Origin: Acidimicrobiaceae bacterium
GTDB lineage: Bacteria; Actinomycetota; Acidimicrobiia; Acidimicrobiales; RAAP-2
DNA length: 64,000 nt
Reading direction: 5' to 3'
NCBI GenBank assembly: GCA_027306755.1
Contig: DAHUZE010000045.1
Span: forward strand, 317 to 64,316
The position numbers were made by a program, and so were the translations under genes. Below the pieces are notes generated by a model. That model had not been told where the DNA came from, searched no databases, and saw only the letters and a list, made by a program, of their open reading frames with translations. Positions 55,299-63,216 of the stretch are shown here, one piece after another. Position 1 is the first letter of the stretch; the number at the start of each line of letters is the position of its first letter.

Positions 55299-57977
55299 TT
55301 GAGCCTTCGAACACATCGACTTCGCACCGTTGCCGTTGCCGCCGCGCTCGGCGTCGGGACGGTGGGGGGTGCCGTCGGCGTGGCAGCCGGGATCGCCGGC
55401 GCCGCCCTGGCACATTCCACGACAACCAATGTGATCACCGCCGCCACCGCTCCGCGCGTTGCGGTCACCGGATCCAACCAGGTGGGCGGAGATCTCCGGC
55501 TTACCTTGCAGACCGCCACAACAGCGCTCACCGGGTCGGTCGTCCACCTCCACGTGACGGCGGCGACACGGGGAACGGTCACATGGCAGAGCGAGACGGT
55601 AACCGGCACCACACTGGTTGCCGCCGCGGCCGCGGGCAACGGGACGGCAACACTTGCGATCTCGGTCACCGAGGCCGCCCACACCACCGGGACCGTCGCC
55701 ATCAGCGCCGTCCGCTACATCACCAAGACAGCGCTCGGCACAGTGCACGTCACGCCCACCTGGCAGACGACAGCCGGCGCCACGGCGGGCACCTTCACTG
55801 CGGCCCACAAGACAGCCGTGAACGCCTATGCCACACAGGTGAGCCCGCCCCCGGCACCGGCTGAGACGCTGGCCGCCGGCACCAACCCTCCGGTGGCCAA
55901 GGGGGCCAGGAACCAGGCTGCCGGCGACTGGACGCTCCGTCTCGCCGGAACGGCCGGCCAGGGATGGGCGGCCACACAGAGGATCCTGGTGACGGTGGCG
56001 CCCCCCACCGGGACGAACTGCAGTGGCGCGAACTTCGCCCTGTTCACAGGGACGCCCGCGGCGTCCGTGACGGCGTCGAGCACGGTCGGCAGCACGCCGG
56101 CGTTCACGGTGCGCACGCTGGACGTGGCGCCATGCGGGACAACACAGGGCAATGAGCTGGTGCTCACCTTCACCAACAGCGGGACGTTCACCGGCACCGG
56201 CTCGGTGACAATCACCATCTCGGGCGTCCGCTACCGGGTGGGCAAGACAACGGCCACCGGAACAATCGCCGCGACCCTCACCAAGACGACAGGCACCACT
56301 GCCACCGCTGGCGCGCAGGACGACGCCCACGTCGCCACGCTCTACGTGACGGGGAACAACCCGGCGGTCACCGTTCCGGTGTCCGCGTTCGATGCCGCCA
56401 TCAGCCCAGTGGACGTGGTGGAGAACACCGCGGGAACGCTGGCGGCCGGGTACGTCTGCGTCAGCCTCACATCGGCCGCCAACGCGTTCAACGCGTCCGC
56501 TGCGGCCACCGCGAGCGCTACCGCCGGTACAGGCAAGGCGACAGCGACGGTCGCCTACGAGGCTGCTACAGGTGGAAAGGTCACGAGCGGCGCGGCTCCG
56601 TACGCGGTGTTCCGGGTGACGCAGGCCTCGGCATCGTCGGCCACCACCTACTCGGTGTCCGGCCTGGCGGTCAACGCTTCGGGAACGCCCGGCCCGGTCA
56701 AGGCCAAGGTGACCGAGGACACCACGTCGGCGGACTGCGCGACCCCTGCGTCGACGCTCGGCACAACCGTCGCCTACACCGTCGGCACAAAGTCGACACA
56801 GGTGTACGGCGCAACAGCGGACGCGACGGCTGCCGCCGAGTTCGAGCGGGCCTTCCCCTCGGGCACAGGCACCTGCCCGGCCAGCCGGGCGGCCGTGGTC
56901 GCCACGACAGCAGTGTTCCAGGACGCGCTGTCCAGCCAGTACCTGGCCGGGCACCTGGATACCGGCACCCTGCTGACGCCGACGACGACCCTGTCGCAGG
57001 CGACGATCACAGCGATCCGGCGGGAGGGCATCTCGTCCGTGTACATCGTCGGCGGCCCCCTGGCGGTGAGCACAGCGGTGTCGAGTGCGATCTCGGCGCT
57101 GCCCGTCTACCAGTGCGGCGGCAGCGCCCGGACAACGGTAATCAGGACAGGCAAGATGACAGTCCGCCGGCTGTACGGCCAGACCCAGTACGGGACGGCA
57201 CTCCAAGTGGCGGACTTCGTCGGCGCCGGTTCGGCCCTCGCCTTCCCCGGCGCCTACTCGACATCGGCTGCCAGCGCCACAGGAGGTTCGGGTCGGTACA
57301 ACGACACGGCCGGCACCGCCTCCAGGGCTCCCGTGCTGTCCGGGTCGCTGCCGACCGCCATCCTGGCGAGCGGCCTGGAGTTCCAGGATGCGCAGGCAGC
57401 CAGCGTGATCTCGTACCACGATCATGTGCCGCTGCTGCTCACCCCAGCCACCACGCTGTCTACAACAGCCGTTGCGGCAATAGAGAACCTGGGCATCAAG
57501 CAGGTCGTCCTGATGGGCGGTCCGCTCGCCGTGACCAACACAGTGGAGGCCACCCTGGTGGCCAAGACCGGCGTCTCCGTCGTGCGCGTGGCCGGGAAGG
57601 ACTACACGGACACGGCCCGCGAGCTGGCCCGATTTGAGGCTGCGACAGCCTCGAACGGACTTGGATGGACACCCAACGGGCGCATCCTCGTTGCCCGCGG
57701 CAACGGCTTCACCGACGGTCTGGCCGGCGCGGTGCTCGAGAGCACGACAAACACCCAGACAGGGGCGCCGGCCAGTCCGCACCCCTTGCTGCTCACGGAG
57801 ACACCCACCGTCGTGGGTCCGTACCTGACCACATTCCTGAAGGTCACAGGGCACGACGGGATCGACGGAACAACGGCGAGGGCCGGCCACACCATCACCG
57901 GCATCACCGTGCTCGGCGGTCCGCTCGCCGTCAGCACGTCGGCGGTCACCGCGATGCAGACAGACCTCAAGCACTGA
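55299..57977 (+). CDS. secreted S-layer-like surface protein with three C-terminal CWB2 (cell-wall-binding repeat 2) modules
   Basis: In-frame TTG 55299 lies 8 nt after AGGAGG (55285..55290). Signal peptide LSLRTHRLRTVAVAAALGVGTVGGAVGVAAGIAGAALA. Thr/Ala/Gly/Val-rich beta-type N-region. Three CWB2-like units: VVATTAVFQDALSSQYLAG...VYIVGGPLAVST, ILASGLEFQDAQAASVISY...VVLMGGPLAVTN and LVARGNGFTDGLAGAVLES...ITVLGGPLAVST. Confidence 0.75.
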   Translation: MSLRTHRLRTVAVAAALGVGTVGGAVGVAAGIAGAALAHSTTTNVITAATAPRVAVTGSNQVGGDLRLTLQTATTALTGSVVHLHVTAATRGTVTWQSETVTGTTLVAAAAAGNGTATLAISVTEAAHTTGTVAISAVRYITKTALGTVHVTPTWQTTAGATAGTFTAAHKTAVNAYATQVSPPPAPAETLAAGTNPPVAKGARNQAAGDWTLRLAGTAGQGWAATQRILVTVAPPTGTNCSGANFALFTGTPAASVTASSTVGSTPAFTVRTLDVAPCGTTQGNELVLTFTNSGTFTGTGSVTITISGVRYRVGKTTATGTIAATLTKTTGTTATAGAQDDAHVATLYVTGNNPAVTVPVSAFDAAISPVDVVENTAGTLAAGYVCVSLTSAANAFNASAAATASATAGTGKATATVAYEAATGGKVTSGAAPYAVFRVTQASASSATTYSVSGLAVNASGTPGPVKAKVTEDTTSADCATPASTLGTTVAYTVGTKSTQVYGATADATAAAEFERAFPSGTGTCPASRAAVVATTAVFQDALSSQYLAGHLDTGTLLTPTTTLSQATITAIRREGISSVYIVGGPLAVSTAVSSAISALPVYQCGGSARTTVIRTGKMTVRRLYGQTQYGTALQVADFVGAGSALAFPGAYSTSAASATGGSGRYNDTAGTASRAPVLSGSLPTAILASGLEFQDAQAASVISYHDHVPLLLTPATTLSTTAVAAIENLGIKQVVLMGGPLAVTNTVEATLVAKTGVSVVRVAGKDYTDTARELARFEAATASNGLGWTPNGRILVARGNGFTDGLAGAVLESTTNTQTGAPASPHPLLLTETPTVVGPYLTTFLKVTGHDGIDGTTARAGHTITGITVLGGPLAVSTSAVTAMQTDLKH

Positions 57978-57993
57978 GGTCTCCCGGGTCTGG

Positions 57994-58084
57994 GTCGGCC
58001 ACCGTTCCGAGTGCCGGCGCGGTGGCCGACTCGATCCGGGCAGCGCCACGCGACGAAGGGGTCCTTCGGGGCCCCTTCGTCGCG
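57994..58084 (+). terminator. two strong hairpins after the S-layer-like gene (no U-tract)
   Basis: GTCGGCCACCG (57994..58004) pairs with CGGTGGCCGAC (58020..58030). CGCGACGAAGGGGUCC-UUCG-GGGCCCCUUCGUCGCG (58049..58084) forms a 16-bp stem including one G-U, closed by a UUCG tetraloop. Confidence 0.5.
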
Positions 58085-58155
58085 ACCGCGCTCAGCGCGC
58101 CCGCACCGCGCGCACCGGCGGGCCTGCACAGCGGGCGCTGTAATGTGCGCGGGTC

Positions 58156-60717
58156 GTGACGCTGGCCCGCATCGGACATCGCCGAGTCCTCCGGGAGGGT
58201 GCCGCAGTCACGTGGCTGCTCGCCTGCGCGTCGGCCTTCCTGGCCCCCGCGCTCAGCCACGGCAGCGCCATCGGGCCCTACGACCTGCTCCACGTGCTTG
58301 GGGTGACGAGCACCGCCCACCCCTCCGTCCACAACGCCGTGGCCTCGGACCAGATCCAGCAGTTCATCCCCTGGCAGGTTCTGACCTGGATGCAGGTACG
58401 GGCTGGCGACGTCCCGCTGTGGCAGCCGGCCAACCTGCTGGGCATGCCGCTGGCCTTCAATTTCCAATCTGCGCCGTTCAGCCTGGCCATCGCCGTCAGC
58501 TACGCGTTCCCGCTGGCGCTGGCCCATACCGCCACGATCGCGACGCAGCTCGCGCTGGCCGGCACCGGCACGTACGTGCTGTGCCGCATGCTGCGCCTCG
58601 GGGTCCTGCCCTCGGTCATGGGGGCCACGATCTTTGAGTTGTGTGGCGGCTTCACGATCTGGCTCGGCTACTACGAGGCCGGCTGCTGCTGCCTCTTGGG
58701 TTGGGTGTTGGCCGCGTCGGTGGCCCTCCTCCGCGGGAAGCGGCGAGCCGTTCCGGTCGCCCTGCTGGCCGTGGGGCTGGCGTTGGCGTTTTCCGCCGGT
58801 GAGCCGCAGATCGACGCCTTCGTCGTGGCGCTCGTGGCCGTCTACGTGCTCGTGGCCCTGGCTCGAGGTTGGGCGGGAACAGCGCCGCTCGCGCCAGACG
58901 GCCCGGACGGCCGCCCGAGTGCTGCCGAGGGCGCGGCTGCTCCGTCCGACGGCCGGCTGATGCTCCGGGCGTGGCGGCGGCGGGCCCTCCTGGACCACGT
59001 GCTGGCGCTCCTGGCCGCGATCGCGCTCGTCGCCCCCGTGTACCTTCCCGCGGTGCAGGTCCTGTTGCGATCCGCCCGAGTGCACGGTCCGTTCGTGACG
59101 GGACTCCCCCCGCACGACGTCGTCAACCTGCTCGTGCCCTGGTACAACGGGGTGCCTACCAACCTCGCGTCGGTCGTCGGCCCCGACAACCTCTACGTCG
59201 CTTCCGTGTCCGTGGGGGCCGTCGCCCTCGCCCTCGCGCTCAGTGGGCTGGCCTCGTGGCGAAGGCGGCCCGAGGTGCTGGCGTTCGGTCTGGCAACCGT
59301 GGCCTTCCTGGTGGTGCTCTACGCCCCCCCGTTCGCGGCCGTCCTGCGTCACATCCCCAAGGTGCAGGTCTTCCGGGCGGAGATCGCCACCACCTTCCTC
59401 GACTTCTCGCTGGTCATGCTGGCCGCCTTCGGAGCCGACGCCCTCGTACGGATGACGTCGGCGCGCCGCCCGGCGCGTCGGGGCGCGCATGCCGCCGTGC
59501 AAGCGGGAGGCGATCGGTGGACGCGCCGCCTGTTTCTGGGCGGCACGGTGGCGCTGGCCGTGGCACTGGGCCTGCTGGGAGCACGGCTCGCCCTGACTGG
59601 GGGGCACCTGACGCCGGCGCAGCGGAGTGTGCGCACGGCCGGGTTCCTCTGGCCTGCGCTCGGAGTGGGGGCGTGCGCGGTGGTGGCCGCGGCGCAGGCG
59701 GCGGTATGGCGGCGCGGCAGGCAGCCCGTCATTTCGGGCAGCAGATGGTCCCGCGCCGCGGCGGCCATCGCCGGCCGATGGGGCATGGCAGCCCTGGTGG
59801 GGGTAGAGGCTGCGGCGCTGGTGGTCAGCGGGGCCTGGTACCTGTCGTCCACACCTGCACCTCTGAAGGTCACCCCTGGCGTGGCGGCGCTCCAGCGGGC
59901 CGTGGGGAAGAAGCTCGTCGCGATGGGGACCTGTCCCACCCTGAACTCATTCCCGCAGCTGGGCATCATGCCCGTCGCCAATGCCGCCTATGGCGTGAAC
60001 GAGTTCAGTGACTACGACCCGATCATGACGGTCCAGTACTACGAGTCGCTGGCGGGTGTCATCGGGACGCCACGGGCGGCTCCCCCGACAGGCTCCGTCC
60101 TGTGCCCGGCGCTCGGATCGGCGCGGGCCGCCCGGTACTACGGGGCGTCCTATGTCCTCGAGCCGAGGGGCCGGCCGGGCCCGGCAGGGACCACGCTCGC
60201 GGCGAGGGCCCACGGCGAGGAGGTCTACGCCGTGCCCGATTCGGGGCGGGCGACCCTGATCCCGCTGGATTCCGGCCGGAGCGGGGCTGAGCGGGCCGAC
60301 CAGCTCGTACAGCGGGCCACGGAATCGATCGGCGGGACATGGCGCGTGGACGTGCGCGCCCCCCGCCGGTCGCTCCTGCTCCTGCGGGTCACCTCGCTCC
60401 CGGGCTGGCAGGCGACGATCGACGGGCGGCCGCTGCGGCTGCGGACATTCGGCGCAGTGATGTTGGCGGCTGTGGTGCCGGCCGGGAAGCATGTGGTCGT
60501 CCTGCGCTACTGGCCCCGCCTGTGGAGCGTCGGCCTGGCCGTGGCCGCCGCGTCGGCCGCAGCGCTGGCCGGGGGGCTCGTGGCGGCCGGCTACCGGCGA
60601 AGGCGCGCTCGTCGGATGGGCCGCTGGGGGCCCGTGACGACGGGCGGTGCGGGGGCGCGTGGCACGGGGCCCCGGCACGCCGGCGGAACGCCCAGCGATG
60701 GGGCTGCGGTCGGCTGA
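58156..60717 (+). CDS. YfhO-like polytopic membrane protein (GT-C-type glycosyltransferase candidate)
   Basis: 853 aa with more than 10 hydrophobic segments and a C-terminal extracytoplasmic domain followed by a final TM. The N-terminal SDQIQQFIPWQVLTWMQVRAGDVPLWQPANLLGMPL resembles YfhO-family proteins. Confidence 0.65.
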   Translation: MTLARIGHRRVLREGAAVTWLLACASAFLAPALSHGSAIGPYDLLHVLGVTSTAHPSVHNAVASDQIQQFIPWQVLTWMQVRAGDVPLWQPANLLGMPLAFNFQSAPFSLAIAVSYAFPLALAHTATIATQLALAGTGTYVLCRMLRLGVLPSVMGATIFELCGGFTIWLGYYEAGCCCLLGWVLAASVALLRGKRRAVPVALLAVGLALAFSAGEPQIDAFVVALVAVYVLVALARGWAGTAPLAPDGPDGRPSAAEGAAAPSDGRLMLRAWRRRALLDHVLALLAAIALVAPVYLPAVQVLLRSARVHGPFVTGLPPHDVVNLLVPWYNGVPTNLASVVGPDNLYVASVSVGAVALALALSGLASWRRRPEVLAFGLATVAFLVVLYAPPFAAVLRHIPKVQVFRAEIATTFLDFSLVMLAAFGADALVRMTSARRPARRGAHAAVQAGGDRWTRRLFLGGTVALAVALGLLGARLALTGGHLTPAQRSVRTAGFLWPALGVGACAVVAAAQAAVWRRGRQPVISGSRWSRAAAAIAGRWGMAALVGVEAAALVVSGAWYLSSTPAPLKVTPGVAALQRAVGKKLVAMGTCPTLNSFPQLGIMPVANAAYGVNEFSDYDPIMTVQYYESLAGVIGTPRAAPPTGSVLCPALGSARAARYYGASYVLEPRGRPGPAGTTLAARAHGEEVYAVPDSGRATLIPLDSGRSGAERADQLVQRATESIGGTWRVDVRAPRRSLLLLRVTSLPGWQATIDGRPLRLRTFGAVMLAAVVPAGKHVVVLRYWPRLWSVGLAVAAASAAALAGGLVAAGYRRRRARRMGRWGPVTTGGAGARGTGPRHAGGTPSDGAAVG

Positions 60718-60773
60718 GGGAGCCGGTCCGGCAGTCCAGGAACGGTGTCCTGCGTGCCGATCAGGGGAGGTAT

Positions 60774-62927
60774 TTAGCTTGCGCCCGCTTGGGCCGTCGT
60801 ACCGGAGGCTCCCGCGTGCGCCGCTGTGGCCGCAGGCGGAGCCCCAGACCCTCCCGATGTCCCCGCGGTGGCTGGTGTCCCCAATCGAGCACCTGGGTTT
60901 GTAGCCGAGGTGCCCGAGCCCGAGGTGCCCGAGCCCGGTGTGGTGGACGAGCCCGGTGTGGTGGACGAGCCCGGTGTGGTGGACGTGCCCGGTGTGGTGG
61001 ACGAGCCGGTGCCCTGTGGCGTTGAGGTCGTGCCTGTGGGGGCCGCCGACGCGTGGGCTGTTGCCGTAGCCGGGGCGGCTGTTGGTGTGACCGTTGCGGG
61101 CGCTGTAACCGCTGTGCCGGCCATCGGCTGCATGAAGACGACCTCGAGCGACGCCATGGAATCGGGCTGCACCTGGACCTCGGCCACGAAGCTCGACGAC
61201 AGGTGCCAGGGCAACCGGCCGCCCGCGAGCACGGTCCCGGCGATCTGGGTGACCTGGCCACGGAAGAGGTAGAGCACGGTGCGGCCGCTTGCTGCTGTTG
61301 CCGTGGCCGGCGCTGCGACGAGGGAGCCAACCAGCTGGACCTCTGCCCCTGTGGACCCCGTGATGTCGACGGCCAGGATGGAGCCATTCTCGGCCAGGCA
61401 CGTGCCGACCGCCACGTTGACAGGAGCGGACGCGCTGGAAGAGGTGATCATGGAGGCTGTGGCCTGGAACGCTGGCGCGCCGCCGCCCGGCGCGATGGCG
61501 TGCGGGCCGGTGCTCATCATGGCCTTGAGCGTGTCGGAGCTGAGCGGAGGGACCGAGGTGGGAGCGGTCACGCCCGCGAAGCCAACCACGCCGCCGCAGG
61601 TTCCGATGGGCAGCGCCACGGTCGAACCGGCTGTCTGCGCCGCCGGGGTGCCCGTTGTGGCGGTCGGCGACGAGCTGCCGCCGGACGAGGGGGCGCCGGA
61701 CGAGCTGCCGCCGGACGAGGGGCCGCCGGTGGACGAGCCGCCGCTGGACGACGGGGTCGGCGCGGGCGTCGAGGCCCCGACGGATGGGCTACCCGTTGAC
61801 GGGGCCGGGGCGTCGTCAACCGAAGCGGACGCCGCAACGCTCATCCAGGACGGCGCGGCAGGCTCGGCGGGGGCTACCGACGCCCCAGCGCTCGACGCCG
61901 CGGGTTGTGCTGCGGCGGCGGTCGTGGACGACGTAGCCGTCGAAGCTGCGATAGAGCTCGTGAGCCTTGGCGCCCCCTGCACGATTGCGCTGGGCGTGCT
62001 CGGCGCCGTCACCGCGGCTACGGCCGGGGCTGAGAGCCCGCCGGCCGCTGCCAGGCTGGCGACAACACCGAGGACCATCGGTGCCCGGCCGCCGGAGCCG
62101 GCGGACGCAGACGCCGCCACCAGCGCCACCTGGCCGACGGGAGTGGAGGCGAACTGGCCGAGCAGTTGCACGCTGGTCCCCAACGAGCCGCCGGATGCGG
62201 CCACCTCGGTGGTAGCGGTCGTCACATTGCCGGCGAGGCCGGTGGCCGCCGTGGCATGCGCCGGCTCGCTGGCGGAGAACACCCGGCGCAGTGCCGAACG
62301 GAGCGACCCTGCCAGCAGCAGCGGCGCACCGGCCAGCATCCCGGTGACCGCCTCGCTCCGTTCCAGCGCGCGCTTGAGAGCGTTGCGAGCCCGGGCCACG
62401 CGAGCGCGGGCGTTGTCTGTGGTGATGCCCAACGTGGCGGCCACCTCGTCGTAGGGCCGGCCGTCCACCATCCGCAGGACGAAGGCGTTGCGCTGGGATT
62501 CGGGCAGGGTGGCGATGGCCCTGGCCACCGCCTGGAGCACGAGATGATCGGATACCAGGTCCACGGGATCCGGGCGCTCGTCGGGCCGGCCCTCGGCCCA
62601 CTCCTCGAAAGGGGCGGAGGGACGGCGCCGGACCAGCATGTCCGTGCAGATGTTGCAGACGATGGTGTTCAGCCACGCACCGATCCGCCAGTCGCCCCCG
62701 CTCCCGAATGTCTCGAGCCGCCGATAGGCCCTGAGGAACGCTTCCTGGACGGCGTCCTCTGCGTCCTGGAGGTTTGTCAGGCGGCGCCGGGCGCACACCA
62801 GGAGCGTGGGGTAGTGGGTGCGGACGATCTCGGTGAACGCCGAGGTATCCCCTGAACGGTGGGCGGCAACCAACCGGATGGCGTCGCCGCGTTCGGTACC
62901 CCCCATATCGTCGGGCGCTAGCGCCAT
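60774..62927 (-). CDS. ECF sigma-70 factor fused to hydrophobic (membrane-anchor) segments and a ~450-aa Ser/Thr/Pro/Gly-rich C-terminal region
   Basis: Sigma-2 region (DAEDAVQEAFLRAYRRL) and sigma-4 region (LPESQRNAFVLRMVDGRPYDEVAATLGITTDNARARVARAR) occupy aa 1-190. Then come the hydrophobic stretches GMLAGAPLLLAGSL and APMVLGVVASLAAAGGLSAPAVAAV, low-complexity linkers, and a ~170-aa two-Cys module. A single uninterrupted frame with a TAA stop. Confidence 0.75.
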   Translation of the reverse strand: MALAPDDMGGTERGDAIRLVAAHRSGDTSAFTEIVRTHYPTLLVCARRRLTNLQDAEDAVQEAFLRAYRRLETFGSGGDWRIGAWLNTIVCNICTDMLVRRRPSAPFEEWAEGRPDERPDPVDLVSDHLVLQAVARAIATLPESQRNAFVLRMVDGRPYDEVAATLGITTDNARARVARARNALKRALERSEAVTGMLAGAPLLLAGSLRSALRRVFSASEPAHATAATGLAGNVTTATTEVAASGGSLGTSVQLLGQFASTPVGQVALVAASASAGSGGRAPMVLGVVASLAAAGGLSAPAVAAVTAPSTPSAIVQGAPRLTSSIAASTATSSTTAAAAQPAASSAGASVAPAEPAAPSWMSVAASASVDDAPAPSTGSPSVGASTPAPTPSSSGGSSTGGPSSGGSSSGAPSSGGSSSPTATTGTPAAQTAGSTVALPIGTCGGVVGFAGVTAPTSVPPLSSDTLKAMMSTGPHAIAPGGGAPAFQATASMITSSSASAPVNVAVGTCLAENGSILAVDITGSTGAEVQLVGSLVAAPATATAASGRTVLYLFRGQVTQIAGTVLAGGRLPWHLSSSFVAEVQVQPDSMASLEVVFMQPMAGTAVTAPATVTPTAAPATATAHASAAPTGTTSTPQGTGSSTTPGTSTTPGSSTTPGSSTTPGSGTSGSGTSATNPGARLGTPATAGTSGGSGAPPAATAAHAGASGTTAQAGAS
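60907..61004. repeat. 15-bp x2 then 18-bp x4 tandem repeats in the 3' end of the sigma-fusion gene
   Basis: gaggtgcccgagccc x2 (60907..60936) and gcccggtgtggtggacga x4 (60933..61004). On the minus strand they encode (TPGSST)n. Confidence 0.9.
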
Positions 62928-63216
62928 GCTCGTCTCCCCGACCTCAGCCCGTCCCGACGGGCTGCAGGCGATGATCCTCTTCGCTGGAAGAAAGGTACTC
63001 CGTGCGGAGCCACCTGGCGTTCTTAGTCGACCCCGTGCAGAAGAAGGACACCCGCCCCTCCGCTGAAACCGTACCGAGCCGGGCGGAGGAAATCAACGAA
63101 TGGCGGTACGGGCTCGCGAGCACGTGCGTTGCAGTGGTCCTGCGGGCTCCGGCGAGGGCCGTGGCGGTCGCGACAAGGCCCGGCCCGAATCCCGGCCCGG
63201 CCCCTACGATGGCCCG

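Noticed and set aside
54173-55702. 509-aa minus-strand ORF containing a stretch with coding-like GC3 bias (~54520..54730: MPNGQVVDRRRDSLGLQPEARLHTDAGLPRDVGGMWAGASVQIEYSIYGAILMTFGFTFAQAEGGADGVVDV)
   Set aside because: The frame has no stop until 200 nt inside the convergent amidohydrolase gene, and upstream it runs antisense into the S-layer-like gene. I recognise no family. It may be a decayed gene remnant, but I cannot support a CDS or pseudogene call.
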